A stretch of 64,000 nucleotides of DNA, taken from positions 323,268,001-323,332,000 of the forward strand of contig OZ024740.1 of assembly GCA_964016885.1 (NCBI GenBank). Reading direction: 5' to 3'. The DNA comes from Eledone cirrhosa. Taxonomy: Eukaryota. Shown piece by piece: positions 14,731 through 28,399 of the stretch (positions within the stretch are counted from its first letter, which is position 1; every line of letters begins with the position of its first letter). Both the position numbers and the translations under genes were made by a program. The notes beneath the pieces were generated by a model. It searched no databases. It had not been told where the DNA came from and saw only the letters and a list, made by a program, of their open reading frames with translations.

Positions 14731-15656
14731 AATATAAATTAGCGAGAATCGTATTTCAGCTCAGGAATTAACGAAAAACAACTTCCGAGATGTGTGGCAA
14801 GCGCTCGATGATTCATATGAATCAGAGCTACAACATACGTTAAGGGCCAAACACACTGAGATGGTGGTTAAACAAATCATCCGCACAAGCCCCCCAAAAA
14901 CGACCAAGTAATTCGGGTCAAACAATAAAAAATATATGTGATTGAAAATTTACCCGGACCCCTGGACGGTTGGTAAAATCCAATATTTTGGTTTCTGCGA
15001 CTTCATAAATCAGGTACTGTCCGCCTACATAAAGAATGTTAGGCTTCTGGTAAGATGATTGAACAAGGAAGCCGTGTTATCAACGGGTTTTTGCTCCAAA
15101 TGCTATACATAAGTGTGACTATTACTGATCCCTCGTGGAGTTCAGCAAGGGAGGCAACACTTATATTAGGCGAATGAATTCAGTTGTGTATAATATTGCG
15201 AGAATGCAAAATATCACAAATCGAATAAAGCTCTCGACAGAATGGTTAAATATAACAAAGCTATTCATCAGTCAATAGAATCAACTAAAAAAATCAATAA
15301 AATTAACTGGTCAATAGCTAGACTCTGGAGATTAATACAAATATAAATTAACGAGAATCGTATTTCAGCGCAGGAATTAACGAAAAACAACTTCCGAGAT
15401 GTGTGGCAAGCGCTCGATGATTCATATGAATCAGAGCTACAACATACGTTAAGGGCCAAACACACTGAGATGGTGGTTAAACAAATCATCCGCACAACCA
15501 AAAAAAAAACGACCAAGTAATTCGGGTCAAACAGTAAAAATATATGTGATTGAAAATTTACCCGGACCCCTGGAAGGTTGGTAAAATCCAGTATTTGGGT
15601 TTCTGCGACTCCATAAATCAGGTACTGTCCGCCTACATAAAGAATGTTAGGCTTCT
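14726..15656 (+). mobile_element. Unclassified element with ~322 bp direct terminal repeats and a ~286 bp spacer
   Basis: 14726-15048 and 15335-15656 are nearly identical; flanked by TA repeats; no TG..CA termini. Confidence 0.75.
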
Positions 15657-15888
15657 ATATATATATATTTGTCTGCCTCTGTTTTGTTCCCGTATAAATT
15701 TGCACTATATATATATATACAAATTTTAGTACAGCATTAACGAAGCTTCAGGTTGCGGCCAAGCTAACGAATGCAAATTCGGTATGTAGTTTTAGCACTC
15801 GATAGGGAATAGTAGCCAAGAGTAATAACAATACGTTTAGACAGCTTTGCAAATCAAATATACCGATCGGCAGTCCAGCATATATATA

Positions 15889-15929
<41 letters not shown>

Positions 15930-17955
15930 TCTTAAAAGACATTTTCAATTTCTTTTCCGTGTGTGTATATATATAGAGAGAGATAGATATATACACACAA
16001 AAGAAATTGAAAATGTATTTTAAGAATATCTATTTGGTTATTATATATATATACCCAAATCTCTAATTCAACATTCAATTTTCCATTGTAGCCTCGGTTC
16101 AGTTTTCTTTCTAAGTTGTTTTATCGCTTCATCACTGAGGTCTCATCCCTATTGTTCTGTAAACCTGACTTGCTATTATATTACTTAGCTTCTGCCTATG
16201 ATTATGTCATCACGTTACGTACCCAGTACCTAGACCCATGTCATCATCATGTTACCCACCTTGTACCTAGCTCTACGTCATCATCATATTTCCTACCTTG
16301 TGCCCACATCATTATCACGTTAACTTCGTTGTACCTACGTTACCATCACGTTACTTACTTTGAGCTTAAACCTACACCATCAACACCTTATTTACCCTAT
16401 GCCTAACCTTACACCATGACGTTCACCTCTTAACATCTCATTATGTTACCTTTTCCTTAGTTATGTCTATATCATTATAATATTACTATACTTTATTCAT
16501 GTATGTGCTATTATGTTACTTACCCTCCAGCTAAGCCAAGGCTACTATTGTATTATGTACACTCTAGCCAGCAGTAAAACTGTCAAAACATTCGTTACAA
16601 GATCCATTGACGCATATTTTGCGAGTAAACTATCATTCAATTTGACACCATTAAAACATACAGCTGTCTTCTCAATCAACGAGATTTACGTACATGTGTT
16701 AATCGTATTCCCGTGCTTTTAACGCTTTTGATACCTAACCAGCTAACTTTAGGGCTGATTCTATTAAACAAAAACAACTATTTTAACGTTTTTTTATTTA
16801 TATTACAACCTCCAATATAATTTTACATAAGAACCATATGTTAAGTTACTATATTAGGCAAGAAATAATTATTTGAAATAGAGTGTGTATGGTATGGTAT
16901 GAACCCTCAACTCACGAGGAGTCGTTGGGGTGACATATTGATATACGGCGTTTCTAGGCCATTTTTTAAACATGGCGGAGCCCATCTCCTCTCCAGGTCT
17001 GAATATAGCAGATTTCTTACAGAGAAAAATAGAAAGTGAGAGAGAGGAAATGAGAAATAGATATAGAGGAAGAATCGACCCTAGTACCAGACTGGTATAT
17101 TTTTTTTATCGACCTCGCACAGAAAAAAAGCAAAGTCGATCTCGGCGGAATTTGAACCCAGAGAACAGCGAGCAGAATTGAATACGACAAAGCATTCTAT
17201 ATAACGTTCTAACGACTCTGCCAATTCGCCGCTATGAAATAGTTTGTATTTCAGTTGGAATAGAGTGTATTCCGTAGACTATGATGTTTATTTAAGTTTA
17301 GATGTCCGTATTTGAAGTTTCATGGTTAGAATGTTGGGCTAATGAACGAAATCTCATGAAGTTCCACCAATATTCCTTTAAGCTATATATTCTTCCTTAC
17401 ATATTTTCATCTTCCGTGGGTCATTTTAGATTGTTCTAGCTATCACATTATGTCTCACAGTAAGATAGAAACGGGAATGCCTTTCATCCTTACGGGGTCG
17501 ATAAAATAAAGTACCAGTAATACATTGGGTTATTGCTGGCCTTGTGCCTAACGTAGAAACAATTATTTCACAGTTGGTAATAAAATGGCAAACATCTTCT
17601 GTTTTTATTTTGTGCAGTCTACGTTTATTTTTTGCTGTTAACTTTTTATCTTTTCTGTCGTAGGTACTTGGTGAGAATGTTGAGTTTCTGGATTGTATGT
17701 ATATTCTTCTGGTTTTATAATTTTATAAATTTTTACCAATAGAGAGAGAGAGATGGAGAGTCGGTTTCTAACATAGAAACAAGACTGTCTCATTGGAATT
17801 TAAACAACATCAACTAGGCAGATATGTCTGCATGTCTGCATGCATGTATGTGTAGGTATAGATGTTATTGTATGTGTGGGTGTGTATGTGTATGTTTTAA
17901 GTTATATATGTGCATGCGCATATGCTTTGTATCTGTGCATGTGTATAAGTAGTTA

Positions 17956-18168
17956 TTAGATGCAGAATCTTTGAAATGTTTTACATATTTTTACTGTTCC
18001 ATTAATGGATTGTATTTGTAATTCCCTAACTAGTCGTGTTCAAGATTTGTACTGAGCCAGTTACTAACATATCCCAGTACCCCAATAATTACAGGTAAAA
18101 TCTGAAGGTATAGTCAGGATGGTGTATCTGCAGATTTCTCATTAGTTCTGCATAGGTATTCTCCTTTT
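17956..18168 (-). mobile_element. 3' fragment of an R4-like LINE directly downstream of the long element
   Basis: Translates QKENTYAELMRNLQIHHPDYTF...TRLVRELQIQSINGTVKICKTFQRFCI*. Confidence 0.8.
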
Positions 18169-18178
18169 GTATGTATGT

Positions 18179-21100
18179 TATCTCTTTCTCTTAATTTCGA
18201 GTATATTTTTTTGACCGGCCACCTTCCTGGTGGCAAGATTGTAAAAGAAAAGAAATTGTCATCCCCTGAATCGCAAGAATGTTTTGCAAATTTTGAAGGT
18301 GCCAGCTATCGCAGCCATTTGTAGACTATGAATTAGGGAGCTGCGCTCTTTGTTCGCAAATCCAAGTTCAGTCATACTTTGGTCCATGCGGGTTGGTATA
18401 TAACCCGTAGCTCCAATAATGATGGGTATGAAGCTAAAGATGTATCTTGGATACTGGATTTGTAATCTCCTCATCAATAGTCCATAGATGTCCTCCTTCT
18501 CCTGTATTTTTCTGACAACGTTTACATCAAGTGAGCAGATGATCTCCACAACCGAACACGTTTTCAATGTGTGGTCCCAAACAAAAATATCAGGCCGGTT
18601 GTGCTTTAATTTGGTGGCAGTTTTTATTTTCAGGTTCCACCAGTATTCCTTAGTGCCATCTGTCTCAATACATTCTTCCTCGTTTGTTGTTAATTTTGTT
18701 TTCCGAAGTGCGTTCCAGATGGTTCTAGCTATCCCATCGTGTCTCATGGGGAGGTAGTAGCGAGATGACATTCTTTCGCAGCTGGCAACAATGTGGCTTA
18801 TATACTCGATCTTTGTTTTACATAGCCTAAATTTATTGTCAGCTGATGGCCCTCCCCTTTTGTGCAGCAGATATTTGGTAGGGAGTTCTTGTTCCTGTAT
18901 TGCATAGAGAAATCCCTCAAGGTGTGATGTCATAAACTTGTCGGAACTCCATGCCAGGCTTTTTGAATGGTTTATCCCCTCTATGGTCTGTGTTTTACGT
19001 CTCAAGTATCCATGCACAACTTTTTCTGTAAATTGGTCAATTTTTTCATCTTGTTTGAACATTGAATAGGATCTTCCGATTTCTCTGGGTGAGATATTTA
19101 TATCAGGCTTTATTCCATATCTCTCCTCCAGATCAGTCGCTATTCTAATGATATATTTTTTTTCATGCTCATAAACCTGGGCAAGATGGTTGCCAACCTT
19201 TTTCCTCTGTTGAAGATGTTGCTTCAGTGTTACTATCCGGGTCTCATATGATGTTAATATGGATTTTAGACACCGGCTACATTCCTTGCGTGAGAAGTAT
19301 AGCCTATCCACATCACCATTGATGTTAAAGTTCCCAGTAACACTGAGAAGTTTGCGAGTTCTAACATCCATCTCACTTAGTTCTTGCAATGACCAGTTCA
19401 GCAGGCCAAATGTTGGCGTTAGAATTGGCACAGCATAAGTATTGTGGGCAATGTATTTGTTGTACGCTGACAGTTCTGATGACCATATTTTCTTTACTCT
19501 TCTGAGGTATTCAGTTCTGGTTTTCTCCTTATTTATGGGTCCATCATATCTGACATTCTCAGCCTGTCCAAGATATCTGTAGTTGTCACCTGACTGTAGA
19601 GGTTGTATTGTCAGGCCGTTCATCTCTAGATTTCTAGAGGAGGGCACAGCTCTTCCACGTTTTACTGCCAAATATGCACACTTGGACTCACCAAATTTCA
19701 TTTTGATGTCTGTTGAAAATTGTGTAATGAGGTCCAATTGTTTCTTGATATCATTGATATTTGGCCCATACAACTTCAGGTCAACAAAAATAAGATGGGA
19801 GATACTTCTGGACCCACTTCTTTGTCCACCTTGTTTCCTGAGTAGGTAAGATAGTGGATTTAGTGAGAGAACGAAGAGTAGCACTGACAAGCTATCACCC
19901 TGAAAGATGCCCTTCTGGTAATGTATCTTATCAGTCTTAACTTGCTCCTTCTCACCTCTAAGGATCAAATTGGTGTACCAGTTCTTGGTCAGACGTTCAA
20001 CAGCAGCTACCAGTGGTTGTGGGACTTTGGCTAACTGTAAATCCTTAATAATCCCCGCATGAGGTACACTATCAAATGCTTGTTGATAGTCCAGCCTCAC
20101 CACAGTCATGTTTCTGCGATTCTTTGTTGTTTTCTCTTGAATCATTTTATTAGTTAGTAGGTGATCTATGCAACCCCACACCTCCCTCTTTCCACCAGCT
20201 TGCTCAGGTGTTATGATGTTGTTGGTAGCACAGTGATCTTGTAAGAACAGGTTAAGGCACCCAGTATATAATTTATACATCATGTTTTGGCAGGCTATTG
20301 GGCGGTAATTTTTAGCAAGGGTGGTTTGGCTATTTTGGGGAATGAGGAGAGTAGTGGCAGTTGATAACCATCTCGGCAGTTCTTGTTTGCCTTTAATGGT
20401 TTCTGTAAACAGCCGTATGAGATCTTGCCGATAGAAAGTGAAATTCTTCAACCAGTATCCTGTAATGTGGTCTGGGCCTGGTGATTTCCTATTCGACATT
20501 TTCTGTAGAGCTGTTTCCAGTATTGACCCATCTATGTCATATTGTTTTGTCTGGACATGTTGGCAGTAGTCCTGTTCCAGTTCTTTTAGCCAATTAGTTT
20601 GTCTGTTGAATCCGTCATCCGTTTCCCATACATACCACCAGTAGCGCTCAACCTGTTCTTTTGAAGGGGTGTCATTTACAGAGATTGAGCTTTTGCCACC
20701 GAAGCTGCGATAAACTGATTTAGGATCTCTGGAAAACATTCTATTTAGCACTTGTCGTTTATGTGCTGTTGACTTATATTTTAGTCTTTCTGTTGTAGCT
20801 GTGAGTTGTTGTTTCAACTAGTGTAATTTGGAGTTTAAAATTTTAAATTTTGTATCTCCAAATCGTCTCTCTAACATTTTTTTTAGTTCTTCCTGGTGTC
20901 GTGTGAAGTTGCTCTCTATGTTGCATTTCATAACGACTGCAATGTGTGAGATACTTCGTCTCAGGGACAACATTTTGTTTACTAAATTTTGCATCCACGC
21001 TGGTTCAGGCTTTTTGTTTGTATCTTGATTGCGTGGTTTTAGATGTTTGTTATATGATAGCAATGTGACAGCTGAAACATATAACAAAATGTTAAGCGTT

Positions 21101-21782
21101 TCAAATGTCGTTTCTACACCTTTAGATCGCATAGCCTTCAGATAATTGTCAGCTATTTCCTTCACCGCTTCTAATTCCAATTTAGTGGGTTCTTTACTGA
21201 TTCTGGTGTAGTATGGTCTGTCACTCACATTAAGGCTGTGTATCTCTTGAAACATATCGTCCCGTATCACTTGTAAGGTGTTCACAAGTTTTTGGTGTTC
21301 AGTAGAGTCATGAATTTCAGCCTCGTTGTTGATGTGGTGACAATTACTACTAGAGTTAGCTGACCTTTCTCGCTGTTCTTCGGTGGAAGTGGGATGGATT
21401 TCAGCAAAACTGTTGGTGTGCTGTTCACTGTTAGATTTAGCTGGCCATTCTCTTTGTCTGTCAGTGGAGGTGGGGTGGTTGTCTACAAGGGCTGTATTTG
21501 TAGTATCACTCAATTCCGTTAGATGTATCAATTTATATCTAATGATACGTTTTGCCTGTTCATTTAAATGCTTTGGAGAAAAGTCTAATTCTGGGTGTTT
21601 GGAGTTCCATAAAGTGTTTAGCCTTTGCATAAAACCGAACTTTTGGGGTTCAGATTGTTTGTATGCTTCATATAATTCTTTGTTAAGCTCGTAGCTCCAT
21701 GGTATACAACGGTTGTAGTTGCGATTTGGTCGAAGGAGTCTTGTACGTTCTGCCATGATGAGTTCGTCTATTCACTAATATT
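18179..21782 (-). mobile_element. Near full-length R4/Dong-clade non-LTR retrotransposon (RT + CCHC + restriction-like endonuclease)
   Basis: RT motifs KSPGPDHI, YRPIAC, DYQQAFDSVPH, GIFQGDSLS, YRYLG; RHD and RPDIFVWD..VVEI RLE motifs; (CATA)n on both flanks. Confidence 0.9.
18259..21756 (-). pseudogene. Single ~1165-codon RT-RLE ORF of the R4-like element, disabled
   Basis: ORFs 20818-21756 and 18259-20817 are in frame and separated only by one TAG. The catalytic FVDD is reduced to FVD(LKLY). The first Cys of CCHC is Phe. Confidence 0.85.
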
Positions 21783-21956
21783 TTGTATTTATGTATGTAT
21801 TTTGTATTTATGTATGTATTTTGTATGTATGTATGTATGTATGTATGTATGTATGTATGTATGTATGTATGTATGTATGTATGTATGTATGTATGTATGT
21901 GGTCATGGTATGTATGTGGTATGTATGTATGTGGTATGTATGTATGTATGTATGTG

Positions 21957-22500
21957 GTTGGCGACTAAACTGGCAACCCCACCAAGGTTTCTTGGTGAGG
22001 AGGGTGACTTTGGACATCCTGCAGGACTAAAAACAAAACCTGTCAAAGGGCAAAGAAGCTCTTAAGGGTCAATGGCCATCCAAAATCACCGGGAGAGATG
22101 ACCCCTTAGCCTTTGTCAAGGCAGAATTCTAGGAGAAGGAAAACTCTGATATAACACCTGCAACCCTGATGGTGTCCAATGATGTTGACTTGTTCTTCTT
22201 TTTGGTAAATATCATCTTGGTTAAGAGAGTGAGACTGGCTTTGTGCAGTGCCTTTGCTCACTATAAAAGCTTCACGCCACAGGCATTGCTTTATATCTGG
22301 AGATCTCTCTGCACTTGTCGTCACATGGTACCATGGGTCCAGCACTATGTGTCAATAATTGTCACAAATATAGTGTTTGTACCAGAGTTTTCAAGTCACT
22401 GGCTGGACTAAAAAGTCACACTCGTTCAGCGCATCGGTAGGGGTTCTCCTACATGGATATAAAGTAGTGGCCGTACTCGAAAACGAGTTGGCAGCCACCA
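21957..22500 (+). mobile_element. Bipartite RTE-derived element, copy 2 (5'-truncated)
   Basis: Inverted match to 395-935; ends with a (TGTA)n tail; sits in (TATG)n. Confidence 0.7.
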
Positions 22501-22516
22501 TGTATGTATGTATGTA

Positions 22517-22586
<70 letters not shown>

Positions 22587-22663
22587 AATGTATATATGTA
22601 AGTATGAATGAATGTATCTATGAAGGAATGTATATAAATATGTATATATATATATATATATAT

Positions 22664-22729
<66 letters not shown>

Positions 22730-23428
22730 GAATGTATATATGTATGTATGAATGAATGTATCTATGAATGAATGTATATAAATATGTATAAATGTATGTA
22801 TATATATATATATGTAAGCCATTATATATTACTCTATCACAATGCTTCATTATTTCTTTTCCTTAGTGGAGGCTGAAAATGAAGAATGATAAATAAATAA
22901 AAATTGCTGAAATAATTATATTCAGTCTTTATAACGAATGAATTTATAAAGAATAATTTCATTCCGTTTTCTTGGAAACCAAACTTCATGCTTCATTACA
23001 TTTTTTATATTTCTGATATCAGAAATTAATGCTTTATTTTAAACATTAATGAAGGAATTCAACTTACAGAAAACTGTTGCAGAGTGTCTTACAGAAGTGT
23101 TATGTTCTCTTTTATTGTAGTTTCAAATATCGCTGAGGTCAGCTTCTATTTTCAAAGGAATTCAACAAAGAGAAATCTGTTACACCGAAGGTTTTGCATA
23201 ACTTTATTATTTTCTATTATTATCTATGCTTTGCAGCATAGAGTTACGGTCCTTTACGGTCTGAGTTCAAATCCCGCCGAGGTTTCATCTTTACGGTGTC
23301 TTTCATCTTTACGGTGTCGATAAAATAAATCACCAGTAACGTACTGAGGTCGATTTAATCGATTTTCCCCTCCCCACAAATTACAGGCCTTGTGCCTATA
23401 CTTGAAATCATTACTTTTAAATCTCAAT

Positions 23429-23629
23429 GGCGGTGGATGGGTAGTATCGGTAGTGCGTCGGTCAACATGCTTTGTGGCATAGAGTTACAGCCCTTTGCGT
23501 CCAGAGTTCAAATCCCACATAGGTTAGCTTTGCAGTTCATCCTTACGCTGTCGATAAAATAAAGTACCAGTAATGTCGATTTAATCGACCACCACCCCAA
23601 ATTGGTGGCCTTGAGTCTAAATCGGAAAC
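23429..23629 (+). mobile_element. tRNA-headed Meta-domain-like SINE (partial copy also at 23230-23410)
   Basis: GGCGGTGGA..GAGTTCAAATCC B box, then TTCATCCTTACG..GTCGATAAAATAAAGTACCAG. Confidence 0.75.
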
Positions 23630-23734
23630 CCTTATTTCATATCTCACTGAGATCAGTTTCCAATTTCACCCAATCAAAGTCGAGAATATAAGTTTATATT
23701 AGAATATAAGTTCTAATCCTATAGTAGGGTTTAT

Positions 23735-23980
23735 AAACTATTTCAAATTCGGGCGATATATAATCCTTTACAAATTTAGATTATACATTAAGCCTTACAA
23801 ATATTTATGATACATAGGTAACTACAAATTTAGGTAATATTCACCACTTACACATTTAGGCAATAGGTAAACCCTTACAAATTTAGGTGAGGTATGAACC
23901 TTTGCAAATTTGGGGAATACAAAAACGTTTACAAATCTATATCATATATTAATCTTTATCAACTTAAGTGATATATAAAC
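23735..23980. repeat. Degenerate ~28 bp minisatellite
   Basis: Recurring ttacaaatttagg. Confidence 0.6.
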
Positions 23981-24127
23981 TCCTACGTTGATTGCACGCG
24001 TGTATATGGAATGCTTTCCCACCTGAAATATAATACAGATGGACTCTACCTGTAATTCAACAGTCCAGTTTTGTTATATACTGTGTTCTGCGGAATATAA
24101 CTGAAACTGACATTATGAGTACACGTG

Positions 24128-24192
24128 GACGATAAAATAAAGTACCAGTAATGCACTGGGTAATTGCTGGCCTTGTGCCAAAAGTAGAAACA
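24128..24192 (+). mobile_element. 5'-truncated SINE with 16 bp TSD
   Basis: TSD attatgagtacacgtg at 24112-24127 and 24193-24208. Confidence 0.8.
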
Positions 24193-24772
24193 ATTATGAG
24201 TACACGTGTCTCAGCCAATCGCGCGTTCATTCCACGAACAGTCTGGTCCATTGATTGAATCAACTAGTTACTAGAACATACGTCGTCGGGGTCATCAGCG
24301 ATCAACACATGTAAACACACACACACAAGCGCGCGCACACACAAGCACACACATACACACTCACACACACATCACACAAACAAACACACACACATAAACA
24401 TATATACACATAGTTGATATATAAACACAAATTTGTATCCTTGTCTCAAAATAACAAAATATATATATTTTACAATATTTCTATCTTATTGATACCAAAT
24501 GTATTTTATGACTGACCTCCTCTTCTTCATCCAGTTCTAAATCCAATAACCATGGTTCTAAATTCTATACCAGAATCTAAAAAATCGATAAAATAGCAAT
24601 CAACAGAAGGAAGACAGCAAAAACGATAACAACAACAATAACAACAATCATTATACCAATAACAACAACAAAAATAAGGATGACAATAATGATGATAATA
24701 ATAATAATAATAGTAATAATAATAGTGATGTTAAATTAAAAAAAATGTTATAAAAACGATAACAGCAACACC

Positions 24773-24814
<42 letters not shown>

Positions 24815-24918
24815 TTTGTGTATGAAAATAGAGTTCCAATTAATGTAATATCTTTAAATTTTAATCTAGAGAAAAAAATAACATTGCATATTGCAAAGGA
24901 CAGATGGAGATAAACATA

Positions 24919-24965
<47 letters not shown>

Positions 24966-25440
24966 ATGAAAGAGAGAGGGGTATATATATATAGAGAGAG
25001 AGAGTAAGATGAGGCTGCTAGGGGTAGGGACGAGATCGATAGTCAAACAGGCAGGCGTACATAGAAAGGAACAGAGGAAAAATTTGTGAAATTGGGTGAG
25101 GAAGGAGGCTGGTGAAATAAGTTTTGAGTTCTCTTATCTGAGATTAAAATGGCGACTAATTATATTTGGTTGATTGGCGCTATTGATTTTGACACTCTGA
25201 CAGGATGACTCATTATTATTTCAGAGAAAAACACAAACAAACCATACGAACCTCACAAACTATACAAAATATATACAAAACAATATAAACCTCAAACTAT
25301 TTGCAAAAGTAAAGAAAGCAGCAAATATCAGATATTCTATGCAAACCTTGCCCGCGTGCTCATTGATAGAATCATGTTTAAAACAACAAATTGAATTTAT
25401 CATGAATGTTTTGCTCGAGAATAGGGAAGAGAGAGTGAAA

Positions 25441-25509
<69 letters not shown>

Positions 25510-25522
25510 TATATGCATATAT

Positions 25523-25595
<73 letters not shown>

Positions 25596-26026
25596 TATAT
25601 ATATACATGTATACATATATATATATATATATAATAAAATGAAATAGAATAGAACATGTATGTTTAACCAAGTTATATGAGATCGTACACCGTACAATAG
25701 AAAAAGGTTCTCAAACACTACTGAAACAGGGTAGAGTAGAGCAGTACAGATGATTTAGGGGTTCTTGTTAAACTGGAATATAATTCAGTTTATTACAAAT
25801 ATATTCAATAAAAGAAAGACAAACACTAGAAAAAGGAATAGAAGAAACTGAAAAGAAACAAGGGAAACAGACAGTGAACCATGTAGTGGTAACGAGGAAA
25901 CCTAGCAACGCAGGGCATATTAAATAAGATTTTCACGAGTTACGAAACTACCAGAGCTAGGTTAATTCTAGGATAGATTGGCGTTTGCAGACGGCTGGAA
26001 AATATTTGTCAACAAGTAATAATGAT

Positions 26027-26065
<39 letters not shown>

Positions 26066-26334
26066 AATACTAATAATAATAATAATAATAATAATAATAG
26101 TAACGAACGATGATGAAGATTATTTCTTATTTACCAAGAAGGCGCAGAATGATGAGACTTTAGAAAGACAAATTATAAAATACGAGTAGATTTACATAGA
26201 AATCACATAAGGAAAACATATTTGATATACACACACACACACAAACATACACACACACACACATATATATATATATAGGGCGGGTAAAATTCCCGAGATC
26301 CATGGTCGAGTTCTCTTCAGCGGTCTCTGTCCCT

Positions 26335-26520
26335 CGGTGGATTGGCAGTATCGGTAAAGGGTCGGATGCCATGCTTTGACGTATAGAGTTACGGCCCTTT
26401 CCAATCTGAGTTCAAATCCCACCGAGGTTAACTTTGTCTTTCATCCTTACGGGGTCGATAAAATAAAGTACCAGTAATACACTGGGTAATTGCTGGCCTT
26501 GTGCCAAAAGTAGAAACAAT
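26335..26520 (+). mobile_element. Meta-domain-like SINE
   Basis: Near-identical to 61148-61334. Confidence 0.85.
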
Positions 26521-27502
26521 TATATGAATATACCATCTAAATAAGGATGATCGAAGCACCCAATACATCCAAGTCACACTGAATACCACTGGAAAGTGCC
26601 CTTTTGTGACTGTCCTTCTTCGATCTACAGACTCATGCTGAAAGTAGAATCATTCACACTTGTCATTTAAAAATAATATCCACAAAATTTCGTCTATAAT
26701 ATTTGTTGGATTACGCGAAGGTTGTATAAAATTGAGTACCATGTAATGTATACCATATAATAATATATGTAGCATTAGATGTATATTTACTGTGTGACTG
26801 GAGCAACATGAAATAACGTGACTTGCTCAAAGATACAACATGCCGCTGGAACCCGAACTCACGACCTTGCGATCATGAACGGAACTTCCCCGAAGTTACG
26901 CGCCCTCATATGCCATATGAGAAATGTATACCATTAAATTCATATTTACTCTACGGTACCATTCTACATGGCACCGTAAATATCCACCATGATGTAGAAA
27001 CCTCTTATTCAAGACAAACAAAATATAAAATTCCTCCTTCAGCGTATTGTTAATATTTTTGTTGCTTCAAAGAATAACAAATATTTTCTTTAATTTCCCT
27101 AAGGAAGAAATCTATAAAATATAAATACATTTTTTTAGACAGCGAAAATAATAGTCTATTCTTGGAAGCTTTGTAGTTGAAATATTTTAATTCTTTTTCA
27201 GGAAAAAAACAAACTAGATTATCTATTTTGATGAAGTGTTTTATGTAGTAGGTGGAACACACTTTCCTGTCCAACACGATAATCTGGTCGTTAGGTGTCT
27301 ACACCATCAGGGCGTGACTCTTAAGTGCCTTTTGCGCCTGGTTTAACACCTTCATCCCGCACATTTGCTATCCTTAGGGAGCCGAATATATTTGGGTGTT
27401 AGGCTTAATCTGTCGTCCAGTTCAACACCACTACCAGTTGTTATTGCTGGGTGTTATTGTTATTGTGACTGTTGTTATTTTCTATTACTGTGGTTGTTAT
27501 TG

Positions 27503-27720
27503 AGGGCAAGGGAGTAGCTGTATCGGTGGAGTGTCGGACATCATGCTTCATGGCATAGAGTTACGACCCTTTACACTCTGAGTTCAAATCCTATCGATGT
27601 TAACTTTGCCTGTCATCTTTACGGAGGTTGATGATATAAAGTACCAGTAATGCACTGGGGTCGATGTAATCGACTTCCCCCCCAAAATAAAATTGTTGGC
27701 CTTGTGCCTAAATCAGAAAT
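27503..27720 (+). mobile_element. Meta-domain-like SINE (long 3' variant)
   Basis: B box GAGTTCAAATCC; GTACCAGTAATGCACTGGGGTCGATGTAATCGAC. Confidence 0.75.
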
Positions 27721-27731
27721 CATCATTGTGG

Positions 27732-28048
27732 TTGTTATTATTGTTATTACTGATGTTATTGCTATTGTTGTGACTGTTGTTGTTGTTATTATTGTTATTA
27801 CTGATGTTATTGCTATTGTTGTGACTGTTGTTGTTGTTATTATTGTTATTACTGATGTTATTGCTATTGTTGTGACTGTTGTTGTTGTTATTATTGTTAT
27901 TACTGATGTTATTGCTATTGTTGTGACTGTTGTTGTTGTTATTATTGTTATTACTGATGTTATTGCTATTGTTGTGACTGTTGTTGTTGTTATTATTGTT
28001 ATTACTGATGTTATTGCTATTGTTGTGACTGTTGTTGTTGTTATTATT
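27732..28048. repeat. 51 bp minisatellite, ~6 perfect units
   Basis: gttattattgttattactgatgttattgctattgttgtgactgttgttgtt repeated. Confidence 0.9.
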
Positions 28049-28399
28049 GCTGGGGTTGTTTTTATTGCAGATGTTTTTTTTTTCTGTGACTCTTATTGTT
28101 GTTGCGTTGTTATTGTTGTTATTGTTGTGATTGTTGTTGTTACCGTCGTCGTTGCTGTTGCTGACATCATTATTGTTGTCGCTAATGTCGTTATTGTTGT
28201 TATGGTCGTCATTGTTATTACAGTTGTAATCATTGTTGTCATCGTCACTGTTGTTGTTGTTGTTGTTGTTGCCACTGTTATGTTTCTCTGAAGCGTTCGA
28301 TCCGTGGCTAAAATTGATCTGAAACCGATTCCAATTTATCAGGTATTTGAAGAAACAAAGACAGTGAGCCAAGACGAGATAACTGTCACAATATGAAGC

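Noticed and set aside
20818-21756. Separate gag-like ORF1
   Set aside because: It is in frame with the RT ORF, and R4-clade elements have a single ORF; better read as a nonsense mutation.
25140-25915. Promoter-like motifs (AAAATGGCG, ATTGG, TGACTCA, CCTAGCAAC); similar motifs at 1-330
   Set aside because: Short motifs expected by chance, with no linked gene.
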